DNA of 64,000 nucleotides from Streptosporangiaceae bacterium (GTDB lineage: Bacteria; Actinomycetota; Actinomycetes; Streptosporangiales; Streptosporangiaceae). This document shows, piece by piece, positions 27,044 to 36,553 of the stretch. The stretch is taken from the NCBI GenBank assembly GCA_036490755.1, contig DASXDJ010000134.1, forward strand, positions 46,774 to 110,773, read 5' to 3'. Within the stretch, counting starts at the first letter, position 1. The number at the start of each line of letters is the position of its first letter. The translations under genes and the position numbers were made by a program. The notes beneath the pieces are model-generated. The model saw only the letters and a list, made by a program, of their open reading frames with translations. It made no database searches and was not told the DNA's origin.

Positions 27044-28006
27044 TCAGCGGGCGAGCGCCTGGTCGCCGGCCCGGGGCCGGGCGCGCAGCGCCAGCCGGGC
27101 CTCCACCGCCGTGGGGACGTCCGCGCCGGGCCGCTCGCAGGTCAGGCCCGCTACGAGCGCCGCCTGGTCCAGCAGGCCCATGAGCTCCCGGCCAGCCAGG
27201 TCCTCGACCCGGCGGCCCGCCAGCCCGAGCGCATGCAGCCGGCCCAGCAGCACGGCGGTGACCGCGTCGCCCGCGCCTGCGGGGTCGGTGACCTGCGCCG
27301 GGTAGGCCGGCCGGTGCAGCACCGAGCCGGCTCCGCGGACGGCCAGCAGGCCGGCGGCGCCCCGGCTGATGACGACCAGGCGCGGGCCGAGCCGGAGGAA
27401 CTGCCGGGCCACGTCCTCGACGGCGCGGCCCGGGTACAGCCAGCCGATGTCGGCGGCGCTGGCCCGGATCACGTCGGCGGCCCGGGCCGGCCGCTCCAGC
27501 AGCACCCGGCCCCGGCCCGGCGACTGCATGACCTCGGGGTGCGCGCGCACGTCCAGGACCGCCAGCGCCCCGCGGGACTGCTGGCGGGCCACCCGGCGCA
27601 GGACCCGGCCGGCGGCCGGCGGCAGGCAGCAGGCCAGCGTGCTCAGGTAGACCACCGAGCTGGCGGCCGGCAGGGCGGCCAGCTCGGCCGCGGTCCACTG
27701 CCAGTCCGCCGTGCCCGCGTAGTACAGGTGCCGGGCCGGGCCGTGAGCCGGCCCGGGCGCCGCCAGGGTGGCCGGCTCGTCGGCGTCCGGCGCCGCGCTC
27801 AGGTCGACGCCGTGCTGCCCGGCGTGCCGGCGCAGCAGCTGGCCGAACCGGTCCCGCGACAGCCGGGCCATCAGCGCGACCGGGTAGCCCAGCCGGGCCG
27901 CCGCGACCGCGATCCGCAGCGCGCGCCCGGCGGGCACCGCCTGCACCATCGCCTCATCGGCTGTGGGGACGAGGTCCATGAAGGCCTCGCCGATCACCGT
28001 GATCAA
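27044..28006 (-). CDS. PfkB-family carbohydrate kinase
   Basis: VIGEAFMDLVP... at the N-terminus and the DPAGAGDA anion-hole motif near the C-terminus. Confidence 0.8.
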   Translation of the reverse strand: MITVIGEAFMDLVPTADEAMVQAVPAGRALRIAVAAARLGYPVALMARLSRDRFGQLLRRHAGQHGVDLSAAPDADEPATLAAPGPAHGPARHLYYAGTADWQWTAAELAALPAASSVVYLSTLACCLPPAAGRVLRRVARQQSRGALAVLDVRAHPEVMQSPGRGRVLLERPARAADVIRASAADIGWLYPGRAVEDVARQFLRLGPRLVVISRGAAGLLAVRGAGSVLHRPAYPAQVTDPAGAGDAVTAVLLGRLHALGLAGRRVEDLAGRELMGLLDQAALVAGLTCERPGADVPTAVEARLALRARPRAGDQALAR

Positions 28007-28039
28007 TGCCCGCTCCGCCTGGCCCGTTTCGTAGTTCTG

Positions 28040-28051
28040 ACGGATTCCGGT
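28040..28051. promoter_or_regulatory. Candidate ROK-regulator operator half (site 1)
   Basis: aCGGATTCCGGt is near-palindromic and is the reverse complement of site 2. It lies in the pfkB/ROK divergent gap. Confidence 0.3.
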
Positions 28052-28133
28052 AAAACATGGCCCGCTTCCGGGAGGGCGCCACCGATCATTGGATGCCTGA
28101 GGTCCTGAAAGGTCAATAGCCCAAGATCTTCAA

Positions 28134-28144
28134 CCGGAATCCGG
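28134..28144. promoter_or_regulatory. Candidate ROK-regulator operator (site 2)
   Basis: CCGGAATCCGG is a perfect 11-bp palindrome 23 nt upstream of the ROK start. Confidence 0.35.
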
Positions 28145-28166
28145 CATAAGTCGGTACAGTGCCGCC

Positions 28167-29360
28167 ATGGCCGACCTGCTCGCGCTTCGCCCCAGTGACC
28201 GGCAGCTGCTGGCCGTGCTCAGCCAGCACGGCGAGCTGGGCCGCGGTCAGCTCGCGCAGCTGTCCGGGCTGCCGCGCAGCACCATCGCCGACGCTGTCGC
28301 CCGGCTGCAGCGCCACGGCCTGATCCTCGAGCGGGACGCGGCCGCCCGGCGGGCCGCCGGGGGAGCAGGCGCGCGCACCGGCCGGCCGCCGCGGCTGCTG
28401 ACCCTGGCCCCGCCCGCCGGGCTGGTCGCGGTGCTGGCCCTGACCCACGAGACGCTGCAGGCCGCCGTCGCGGGCTTTGACGGGGCCCTGCACGCCGTCG
28501 TGCCCGCCCGTGCGCATGACGAGGACGGCCGGTTTGCCTCGGCCGGCCAGGCCGTCGCGCTGCTGGACCAGGCGCTGGCCGCGGCGGGACGCGCCCGCGC
28601 CGACCTGAGCTGCGCCGTCATCGGGCTGCCGATGGCCGTGGCGGTGCCGGGCAGCCCGCCAGACAGCGCCGGGGACGCGGCGTTCCGGCCGCCCTGGCTC
28701 CCGGCCCGGCTGCCCGAGGAGGCCGGCCAGCAGCTCGGGATACCCGCCTGGGGCGAGAACGACGCCAACCTCGGCGCCCTCGGCGAGGGCGCGTTCGGCG
28801 CGGCCACCGGGATGCCGAGCTTCATTTACGTCAAGATCGCTCAGGGCATCGGCGCCGGCCTGGTCCTGGACCGGCGGCTGCACCGCGGCGCCGGCGGCCT
28901 GGCCGGCGAGCTCGCCCACCTGCACACCGAGGACGACGGCGCGCTGTGCCGCTGCGGCGGCCGCGGCTGCCTGATGACGACCCTGAACGCGATCCGGCTC
29001 ATCGACCGGATCCACTCGGTGCACCCGGCCGCCATGTCGATGGCGGATGTGCTGTCGCTGGCCGCCGCCGGCGACGCCGGCGTGTGCCGCCTGCTGCGCG
29101 ACCTCGGCCGCACCCTGGGCCGGTCGCTGGCCGACCTCTGCGTCTACCTGGCCCCCGACGGCATCGTCCTGGACGGCCTGCTGGGCAGTGCCAGCGCCCC
29201 GGTCATCGAGGGCATCAGTGAGTCGCTGCGCCAGTTCGCCCCGCCCGCCATCGTCGCCCGGGTCCGGGTCGTCGCCGGCCAGCTCGACAGCCGCGCCGAG
29301 CTGCTGGGCGCGGTAGTCCTGGCCCGCCGGCGGCACCTGCGGCAGGACATCCTGCAGTAA
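28167..29360 (+). CDS. ROK-family transcriptional regulator
   Basis: An N-terminal wHTH (LLAVLSQHGELGRGQLAQLSGLPRSTIADAVARL) is followed by a ROK sugar-kinase-like fold with the Zn motif CRCGGRGCL. Confidence 0.85.
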   Translation: MADLLALRPSDRQLLAVLSQHGELGRGQLAQLSGLPRSTIADAVARLQRHGLILERDAAARRAAGGAGARTGRPPRLLTLAPPAGLVAVLALTHETLQAAVAGFDGALHAVVPARAHDEDGRFASAGQAVALLDQALAAAGRARADLSCAVIGLPMAVAVPGSPPDSAGDAAFRPPWLPARLPEEAGQQLGIPAWGENDANLGALGEGAFGAATGMPSFIYVKIAQGIGAGLVLDRRLHRGAGGLAGELAHLHTEDDGALCRCGGRGCLMTTLNAIRLIDRIHSVHPAAMSMADVLSLAAAGDAGVCRLLRDLGRTLGRSLADLCVYLAPDGIVLDGLLGSASAPVIEGISESLRQFAPPAIVARVRVVAGQLDSRAELLGAVVLARRRHLRQDILQ

Positions 29361-29507
29361 GCAGCGCCCGGTCACCCGGTGCCAGGCCGGCCGGCTGAGC
29401 CGGCTGACCAGCAGGTTCCGTTCGGGATAAAGCCGCCGGGCCCGAGCCCGCCGCGCTGGCAGCGCGGCTGACGCGGGCCCGGCGGCCCGGTAGGCACGGC
29501 CCGGGGG

Positions 29508-32105
29508 CTACCGGCGCGCCGCCTGGTGCAGGACTGCTGAGCCGCTGACCGCGCCGGTGGCCGGGCTGAAGGTCACCTGGTGCCCGGTGAGGTCCACCGC
29601 GGTGCACTGCCCGGCGGCCGGGCAGCTGACCGACTGCAGGCCGCCCGCGTGGTCGACCAGCGTGACGCCCGCGGTGCTGACGGCGCCGGTGGCCGGGTCG
29701 AAGGTCACCTCGTTGCCGCTGTCGTCGACGGCCGTGCACTGACGGGCCGACGAGCACGACACCGAGGTCATGACGCCCAGTCCGCCGGCCACGTCAGCGC
29801 CCTCCAGGGGCGCCAGCCCGGCGGCGTTCGGCGTGAGGGTGACGGGGTCGAACGTCAGCTCGTTGCCGGTGCCGTCGACCATCGTGCACTGGCCGGCCGA
29901 CGGGCACGACACCGAGGACACGCCGTTCACCGTGGCGGAGTCCAGCGCCGTCACCCCGGCCGGCCCGACGGCGCCGGTGACCGGGTTGAACGTCACCTCG
30001 GTGTCGCCGTTGTTACCCCCGCCGCCCCCGGCCGTGCACTGGGTGGCCGACGCGCAGGAGACGGTGCCGAGGTAGGTGAACGGGTCGACGGCGGTCACGC
30101 CCGCCGCGCTGACCCGGCCGGTCAGCGGGCTGAACGTGACCTCGTTGCCCTTGCCATCCACGGCCGTGCACTGAGTCGCGGATACGCAGCTCAGTGCCGT
30201 GGGCTGGTTACCCGCGTCGACCGCCGCCCGCCGGGTCACCCCGGCGGCCGGGTGGCTGGCATCGAAGGTCAGCTCGGTCCCGGCACTGTCCAGGGCGGTG
30301 CACCGGGTACCACCGGGCGGGCAGGAGACCGACACCAGCGAGTGACCGGGGTCGATCCCGGCCGCAGCGGCCGGCCCGCCGGCCGGGCGGAACGTCACTG
30401 CGGCGCCGAAGTTGCTCACCGTCGTGCAGCGGGCCGCCGTCGGGCACGACACCCCGGTCAGGCTGGCCGGGACCGCGGACGTCGCGGGGGAGCCGGCCTG
30501 CGGGCGGGTGACGGCGCGGGCGCCGGCCGCGGCGGCATGCCCGGAAGCTGCGGGCGCGGCACCGCCGGCGTGGCCGGCCGCGCTGATCCGGAACATCACC
30601 GTGCCGGTGGGCGGCACGGTGGCGCTGATCGTGCCGTCGGCGGAGGTGCTCGACTGGCCCGACCACAGGTCCTGCAGCCGGTAGGCGGAGGCACTGGGCA
30701 GCCCGGCGGCCGCGGCCGTGGTGCTCATCGTCGCCGCGTCGGTCGTGCTCTCGTTGAACAGCGTCACGGCCACGTCGCCGCCCGCCAGCGGCTTGGTCAT
30801 GATGAGGTGCGTGCCGTCGAAGGTCCCGACGATGTGCGCCGGCGAGCCGAGGCGGTCCTGGTCGACGGCGATGACCCGGCGGTTGCCGAAGACCGAGACA
30901 TCCTGCGCGAGCTGCGCCGCCGTGGCGGGCGTGGTGTCCGGGCCGCACTTGGCCGGGCAAAGGTTGGTCGCCATCAGCAGCGGGTCGGCCATCTCGGAGA
31001 ACATCGACATCTCCGACTGGTCCTCGGCCAGGGTCAGCGACCCGTTGCCGATCTCCATGCCGTCCGGGTCGACCCAGTGGCCGGGCCCGGTGAGCGCGTC
31101 GTAGGTCTGCGCGTCGGCGTTGATGATCCCGGTGACGCTGCCCGCCGCATGCTTCCCGGTGGTGGTGAAGCTGGCGTTCGCGTCGCCCGTCGGGCGGACG
31201 AGCTGGCCGACGCCGAACCCCCAGTCCTGGGAGTTCACGGTCCCGCCGCCGGCCACGCTGACCACGATCGGGCGGCCCGCGGCGCGGATCGCCTGGGCGG
31301 CCGCGGTGTACATCTCGGTCTGGGTGGCCTCCTGCGAGCCGGCGTAGGCCGGGTTGGTGGAGAAGGTCGGCCCGCCGAATCCCTGGTTGCCCGGCGCGGC
31401 GTCGATGCCGGTGTAGCCGGCCGGCGCGTTGCTCGCCGGCGGGACCGTGTCGTCGCCGCAGCCCCAGTCCAGCTTCACGTAGTCCACGCCGTCAGCGGCG
31501 AGAGTGGCGGCGTCGGTCGTGTCGAAGCCGTAGCTGCCGGGGATCTCCTCGCAGTTCCAGTTGTTGGAGGCGTCCAGGTACAGGCCGAATTTCAGGCCGA
31601 GAGCGTGGATGCGGTTGCCGACCAGGCGGAAGCCGTCGTTGGCACAGGGGCGGCTCGGCGGGAAGGAGTAGGAACTGGCGAACAGCTGGCCGCCGGGCAG
31701 GCGGCCGTTGATCGCGCCGCAGGTCTCGGGGTCCTGCGGCACCGGCGCGGTGACCCCGAAGGTGTTCGGGCTGCCCAGGCCCTCCAGGTCGTCGTAGCAG
31801 CCGTCGGCGTTGACGTAGCTGTAGCCGTCGCGCTCCAGGCCGGAGTCGTGGATGAACCTGGCCACGGCCTCCATGTTCTGCGCCCCGTTGTCACAGGCGT
31901 AGGCGTTGAAGCTGTTCCAGCCCATCGGCGGCGTGGCGGCCAGGCTGACGTTCCGGGCGCTGGCCGCGGGACGAGCAGCGGCGGTAGCGGTCGCGGCGGG
32001 CGAGCTGCTGCCGGCCGGGCCGGCGGTCGCGGCGGTCGCCGGGGCGGCGAGCGCGACAACGGCGGCGCCCGCCGCGGCGATAGCCAGCCAGATCGATCTG
32101 GTCAA
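29508..32105 (-). CDS. Secreted GH27 alpha-galactosidase-like enzyme with a C-terminal repeat domain
   Basis: TPPMGWNSFNAY.C...YVNADGCY...YVKLDWGC are the GH27 catalytic-domain motifs. There is a signal peptide, a TTG start with CAGGAG, and seven C-terminal Cys-pair repeats. Confidence 0.85.
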   Translation of the reverse strand: MTRSIWLAIAAAGAAVVALAAPATAATAGPAGSSSPAATATAAARPAASARNVSLAATPPMGWNSFNAYACDNGAQNMEAVARFIHDSGLERDGYSYVNADGCYDDLEGLGSPNTFGVTAPVPQDPETCGAINGRLPGGQLFASSYSFPPSRPCANDGFRLVGNRIHALGLKFGLYLDASNNWNCEEIPGSYGFDTTDAATLAADGVDYVKLDWGCGDDTVPPASNAPAGYTGIDAAPGNQGFGGPTFSTNPAYAGSQEATQTEMYTAAAQAIRAAGRPIVVSVAGGGTVNSQDWGFGVGQLVRPTGDANASFTTTGKHAAGSVTGIINADAQTYDALTGPGHWVDPDGMEIGNGSLTLAEDQSEMSMFSEMADPLLMATNLCPAKCGPDTTPATAAQLAQDVSVFGNRRVIAVDQDRLGSPAHIVGTFDGTHLIMTKPLAGGDVAVTLFNESTTDAATMSTTAAAAGLPSASAYRLQDLWSGQSSTSADGTISATVPPTGTVMFRISAAGHAGGAAPAASGHAAAAGARAVTRPQAGSPATSAVPASLTGVSCPTAARCTTVSNFGAAVTFRPAGGPAAAAGIDPGHSLVSVSCPPGGTRCTALDSAGTELTFDASHPAAGVTRRAAVDAGNQPTALSCVSATQCTAVDGKGNEVTFSPLTGRVSAAGVTAVDPFTYLGTVSCASATQCTAGGGGGNNGDTEVTFNPVTGAVGPAGVTALDSATVNGVSSVSCPSAGQCTMVDGTGNELTFDPVTLTPNAAGLAPLEGADVAGGLGVMTSVSCSSARQCTAVDDSGNEVTFDPATGAVSTAGVTLVDHAGGLQSVSCPAAGQCTAVDLTGHQVTFSPATGAVSGSAVLHQAARR
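29511..30452 (-). repeat. Seven tandem 40-50-aa protein repeats ([VL]SC-x4-[QR]CT-x-[VL]D-x2-G-x-[EQ][VL]TF)
   Basis: Read directly from the translation: VSCPTAARCT..., VSCPPGGTRCT..., LSCVSATQCT..., VSCASATQCT..., VSCPSAGQCT..., VSCSSARQCT..., VSCPAAGQCT... Each has two Cys six residues apart. Confidence 0.8.
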
Positions 32106-32490
32106 CGACGAACTCCTGTCTGCCCGGCGGGCCGGGCGATGGTGCGCGGGGCAGTAGTGCGCGAGGCGGTGGCGCGGGGACGGCGCGGGCGGAGGGTCGG
32201 CAGGCGGGAGCGCTGCGCACGGCCCTGCGGCCGGGCGGCAGCGCGGATCGAGCGCCGCGTCAGGTCACGGGCTGGGCGTGGCCGGGCAGCGCGTACATAA
32301 GCAGGTCAACAGGGACGATGGGGGCAAGCTGGTGGCCAGCATTCTGCGGCCATGATCATCCCGCTGTCAATCAAGAGGCAACTAATCCGCTCAGCCGGCG
32401 ACGAGAACGCACTCGCGAAGGCTGCGGAATCTGTGCGTTCTTGTTCAGTTCGCCGCAGGAGCCTCGCCCCGAGCGGCCGGGCCGCGCCGG

Positions 32491-33141
32491 CTAGCCGGCG
32501 TCGGTGCCGAGATACTTCAGCACGGCCAGGACCCGGCGGTGATCGGTGCCGGTCGGCGGCAGGTCCAGCTTGGCGAAGATGTTGGTCACGTACTTCTCCA
32601 CCGCGCTCGGGCTGACTTTCAGCTCCGCGACGATGCCGTTGTTGGACTTGCCCTCGGCCATCAGCTGCAGCACGTGCCCCTCCCGCGGCGTCAGCCGCCC
32701 GACCGGGTCGTCGGTGCGCCGGACCAGCAGCTGGGCCACCACCTCCGGGTCCAGCGCGGTGCCGCCCGCGGCCACCCGGCGCACCGCGTCGACGAAGTCG
32801 CCGGTCTGCGCGACCCGGTCCTTGAGCAGGTAGCCGACCGAGCTGGTCGCGGCGGACAGCAGGTCGGTGGCGTAGCTCTCCTCGACGTACTGCGACAGGA
32901 CCAGCAGCGCCACGTCCGGGAACTGGCGGCGGATCACCAGCGCGGCGCGGATCCCCTCGTCGGTGTGGGTCGGCGGCATCCGCACGTCGATCACCGCCAG
33001 GTCCGGCTGCTGCTTGGCCACGGCGGTGAGCAGCTGCTCGGCGTCCGGCACCGCGGCGACGACCTCGAAACCGCTCTCGGTGAGCAGCCGGGTCAGCCCG
33101 TCGCGCAGCAGCACCGAGTCCTCGGCGATCACGATTCGCAT
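32491..33141 (-). CDS. NarL/LuxR-family response regulator
   Basis: REC domain (MRIVIAEDSVLLRDGL...DLAVIDVRMPP) plus a LuxR HTH (LTPREGHVLQLMAEGKSNNGIVAEL). Confidence 0.85.
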   Translation of the reverse strand: MRIVIAEDSVLLRDGLTRLLTESGFEVVAAVPDAEQLLTAVAKQQPDLAVIDVRMPPTHTDEGIRAALVIRRQFPDVALLVLSQYVEESYATDLLSAATSSVGYLLKDRVAQTGDFVDAVRRVAAGGTALDPEVVAQLLVRRTDDPVGRLTPREGHVLQLMAEGKSNNGIVAELKVSPSAVEKYVTNIFAKLDLPPTGTDHRRVLAVLKYLGTDAG

Positions 33142-34418
33142 GGCAGCTCCACCCCGATAACGGTCGGCCCGCCCGGCGGGCTGTCGATGATCAGTGTCCC
33201 GTCTACCGCCGCGGCCCGCTGGGCCAGCCCGGCCAGCCCGGTGCCCTCGCCGCCGCCGACCACCGCGCCGCCGCGGCCGTTGTCGGTCACCGTGATCTGC
33301 AGCCGGTCGGCGGCCCGGGTGGCGGTGACCGACGCCTCAGTGGCCTGCGCGTGCCGGGCGACGTTGGTCAGCGCCTCGGACACGATGAAGTAGGCCACCG
33401 CCTCGATGCTGGGGGATGCCCGGCGCGGCACGCTCACCCGCAGCCGGACCGGCAGCGGCGACCGGGCGGCCAGCCCGGACAGCGCCGCGTCCAGGCCCCG
33501 GTCGCTGAGTACCGCCGGGTGCAGGCCGCGGATGAACTCGCGCAGCTCGGTCAGCGCCTGCACCGCCTCGTCGTGCGCCTGCTCGATCGCCCGGGCCGCG
33601 GGATCGGTCGCGCCGTCCAGCCGGGACCGGGCCAGGCCCAGGTTCATCGCCAGCGACACCAGCCGCTGCTGCGCGCCGTCATGCAGGTCCCGCTCGATCC
33701 GGCGGCGCTCGGCGTCGGCCGCCGCGACCAGGTCGGCGCGGCTGCGGGACAGCGTGGCCACCCGGGCCGTCAGCTGCTCGCTGCGGCTGGGCCCCAGCAG
33801 CGCCCGGCCCGCGACCGCGTCCGCCTGGCTTATCCACCGGGCCAGCCAGGGCGCCGCGAGCACGAGTGCCGCGGCCCCGGCGGCGGCGGCCGCTCCCGAG
33901 CCGGGCGTCGGCTGCCCGCCGCACAGGTACGTCACCGCCAGCGGGGCGGCCAGCCAGCAGGCCACCACCAGCCCGCCGCCCAGCACTCCGGTCACGACCG
34001 CCAGCGCGTGGAAGCTGAGCTGCCGCCAGGTCGAGGCATTCCGCCAGTGCCCGGCCAGCAGGGCCCACGGCCCGGCTGGGGCGGTGCCGTGACCGCCCAG
34101 GTCCAGGCCCAGCGTCGCGTGCAGCCGGGAGCGCTGCAGCCCGGTGGGCACCGGCATGAACAGCAGGACCAGCGCCGGGCAGACCACGACGGCCGCCGCG
34201 TACAGCACCACGTGCCCCCAGCTGCCCACCGGCCAGTCGATGAAGCTCACGATGGCGGCGACCCAGAGCACGACCGGCACGCCGAGCACGATCGTGCCCA
34301 GCGCCCCGGCGACCAGCGCGGTGACCGCGTTGCGGGTATCGCGCGCGGTATCCGCCGGCCACAGCGCGTTCAGCGCCCGCTGCGGCCAGGCGAGGGAGTC
34401 TGCCGAGGTCATGACCAC
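33129..34418 (-). CDS. Sensor histidine kinase (HisKA_3 type), multi-TM
   Basis: H-box ERDLHDGAQQRLVSL, an HATPase_c tail (VTDNGRGG...GLAGLAQR) and an N-terminal membrane domain. It overlaps the RR gene by 13 nt. Confidence 0.8.
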   Translation of the reverse strand: MVMTSADSLAWPQRALNALWPADTARDTRNAVTALVAGALGTIVLGVPVVLWVAAIVSFIDWPVGSWGHVVLYAAAVVVCPALVLLFMPVPTGLQRSRLHATLGLDLGGHGTAPAGPWALLAGHWRNASTWRQLSFHALAVVTGVLGGGLVVACWLAAPLAVTYLCGGQPTPGSGAAAAAGAAALVLAAPWLARWISQADAVAGRALLGPSRSEQLTARVATLSRSRADLVAAADAERRRIERDLHDGAQQRLVSLAMNLGLARSRLDGATDPAARAIEQAHDEAVQALTELREFIRGLHPAVLSDRGLDAALSGLAARSPLPVRLRVSVPRRASPSIEAVAYFIVSEALTNVARHAQATEASVTATRAADRLQITVTDNGRGGAVVGGGEGTGLAGLAQRAAAVDGTLIIDSPPGGPTVIGVELPCES

Positions 34419-34565
34419 ACGTTATAAAGCGGGCCCGGCGGCCGCTATCTGGCTCTCCCGCCCGCGGCGTGGGGAAATCCCCACCGCGCTGCGGCCGGGC
34501 GCCCCACCCGGGTGCGGCCGGGCACCCTACTTACACCGGCCTGCCGCGCTGGCAGCGTTGCCGTC

Positions 34566-35474
34566 ATGATCGAGATCCAGTCACTGACCAAGCACTACGG
34601 CACCACGACCGCGGTCTCGGACCTGACGTTCACCGTCCGGCCGGGCACGGTCACCGGCTTCCTCGGCCCCAACGGCGCCGGGAAGTCCACCACGATGCGG
34701 ATGATCCTCGGCCTCGACGAGCCGACCAGCGGGTCGGTCACGGTTAACGGCCAGGCGCCGCGCACGCTCACCGCCCCGCTGCGCGAGATCGGCGGCATGC
34801 TGGACACCCGCGCCGTGCACCCGTCCCGCAGCGCGTATCACCACCTGCTCGCCCTGGCCCGGACCTGCGGGATTCCCGGCCGCCGGGTGCGCGAGGTCAT
34901 CGAGTCCGCCGGGCTCGGCGAGGCCGCCCGCCGCCGGGCCGGCAAGTTCTCCCTGGGCATGAGCCAGCGGCTGGGCATCGCCGCCGCCCTGCTCGGCGAC
35001 CCGGACACCGTCATCCTCGACGAGCCCGTCAACGGCCTCGACGTGGACGGCATCCGGTGGATCCGCGGCCTGCTGCGCGACCTGGCTGATCAGGGCAAGA
35101 CCGTCTTCGTGTCCTCGCACCTGATGAGCGAGATCGCCCAGACCGCCACCCACGTCATCGTCATCGGCCGGGGCCGGCTCATCGCCGACACCACCGTCGC
35201 CGACCTGCTTGCCTCCGCCCCGGCCGCCGCGGTCCGGGTCCGCAGTACCGATCAGGCCGCCCTGGCCGGGCTGCTGCACGGGCCCGACATCACCATCACC
35301 CCCGCCGCCGACGGCGCGCTGACCGTGGCCGGCCTGACCGCCAGCCAGATCGGCGCGGCCGCGGGCGCCGCCGGCATCACCGTCCTCGAGCTGGCCGCCG
35401 AGCAGGCCTCGCTGGAGGACGTGTTCGTGCACCTGACCCAGGACGCGGTCGAGTTCCGCGCCCCGTCCGCCTGA
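34566..35474 (+). CDS. ABC transporter ATP-binding protein
   Basis: Walker A GPNGAGKST, signature FSLGMSQRL, Walker B VILDEP. ATG at 34566 (MIEIQSL...). Confidence 0.85.
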   Translation: MIEIQSLTKHYGTTTAVSDLTFTVRPGTVTGFLGPNGAGKSTTMRMILGLDEPTSGSVTVNGQAPRTLTAPLREIGGMLDTRAVHPSRSAYHHLLALARTCGIPGRRVREVIESAGLGEAARRRAGKFSLGMSQRLGIAAALLGDPDTVILDEPVNGLDVDGIRWIRGLLRDLADQGKTVFVSSHLMSEIAQTATHVIVIGRGRLIADTTVADLLASAPAAAVRVRSTDQAALAGLLHGPDITITPAADGALTVAGLTASQIGAAAGAAGITVLELAAEQASLEDVFVHLTQDAVEFRAPSA

Positions 35475-35502
35475 CCGCCCCCGCAGACCTCCAGGAGCTG
35501 AC

Positions 35503-36345
35503 ATGACCTCCCTCGCCAGCACTCCCGCCCCGATCACCCCGGCCCGCCGGGCCCGCCCCCGCGCGCAGCAGGTCACCCAGCTCCGGGTGCTCCGGTCCGA
35601 GTGGACCAAGCTGCGCACCCAGCCGGCCGCGGTCTGGACCCTGCTGGCGGCCATCATCACCACGGCCGGGTTCGGCGTGCTGTACAGCCTGGTCCGCGAG
35701 ACCCGCCCGCCGCACGGCGCGGCCGCCATCGCCGCCTTCGACCCGGCCGCCATCAGCCTGTCCGGCGTGCAGCTGGCCCAGATCGCCGTCGGCGTGCTCG
35801 GCGTCCTGCTGATCACCGCCGAGTACGGCACCGGCCTGATCCGCGTCACCTTCGCCGCCGTGCCCCGCCGCCTGCCGGTGCTGTGGAGCAAGGCCGTCCT
35901 GGTCGCCGTCAGCACGCTGATCATCAGCCTGCCCGCGGTGCTCATCGCCTTCGCCGGCGGCCAGTCCGTCCTGGCCCGCGCGCACCTGTCGGTGGCCCTG
36001 GGCGCGCCCGGCGTGACCCGCGCCGTGATCGGCAGCGCGCTGTACATGACCGTGGCCGCGCTGCTCGGCCTGGGGCTGGGCGCGCTGCTGCGCAGCACCG
36101 CGCTGGGCATCGCCGCCCTGTTCGGCCTGCTGTTCGGCATCCAGATCCTGGCCGGCCTGCTGCCCGGCAGCGCCGCGCAGACGGTCACCAAGTTCCTGCC
36201 CGGCCCGGCCGGCCAGGCCGTCACCACCGTCCACCCCGATCCCGCCTCGTCGCTGGCCCCGTGGACCGGCCTCGGCGTGTTCGCACTCTGGGCTGCGATC
36301 CTGCTGACCGCCGCGGCGCTGCGGATGCGACGCGGTGACGCCTAG
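35503..36345 (+). CDS. ABC-2-type transporter permease
   Basis: Six hydrophobic segments. VLRSEWTKLRT is typical of the actinobacterial ABC-2 permease N-terminus. Confidence 0.75.
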   Translation: MTSLASTPAPITPARRARPRAQQVTQLRVLRSEWTKLRTQPAAVWTLLAAIITTAGFGVLYSLVRETRPPHGAAAIAAFDPAAISLSGVQLAQIAVGVLGVLLITAEYGTGLIRVTFAAVPRRLPVLWSKAVLVAVSTLIISLPAVLIAFAGGQSVLARAHLSVALGAPGVTRAVIGSALYMTVAALLGLGLGALLRSTALGIAALFGLLFGIQILAGLLPGSAAQTVTKFLPGPAGQAVTTVHPDPASSLAPWTGLGVFALWAAILLTAAALRMRRGDA

Positions 36346-36395
36346 CCAGGCAGCGCAGGGCTTTCGCGCACGCACGGGCACGGCCGGGTTTCAGC

Positions 36396-36443
36396 TTGAA
36401 CCGGCGGCCGCCGAGTCATAGGACTCGGCGGCCGCCGGTTCAA
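36396..36443 (+). terminator. Perfect 22-bp-stem hairpin downstream of the ABC-2 permease
   Basis: TTGAACCGGCGGCCGCCGAGTC-atag-GACTCGGCGGCCGCCGGTTCAA, 51 nt after the stop. It marks the left edge of a lower-GC islet. Confidence 0.55.
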
Positions 36444-36553
36444 TCCAACCCGGCTAGGCCTCGGGACCTTCGCTTGCTGGGCTACCACTCGCGGCTTGCC
36501 GCATGCCGTGGTGGGCCGCGATTGCTGAGGATAGCGTGCCCGTCCGGCAGCGA

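Noticed and set aside
25136-32300. Very long antisense ORFs (25136..26836 +, 28113..29375 -, 29580..32300 +)
   Set aside because: They are mirror frames of the GH3, ROK and GH27 genes. They have no recognisable domains and a composition typical of non-coding frames in GC-rich DNA.
34581-36381. Minus-strand ORFs of 548 and 334 aa opposite the ABC ATPase and permease
   Set aside because: These are shadow frames. The plus-strand genes carry Walker and ABC-2 signatures.
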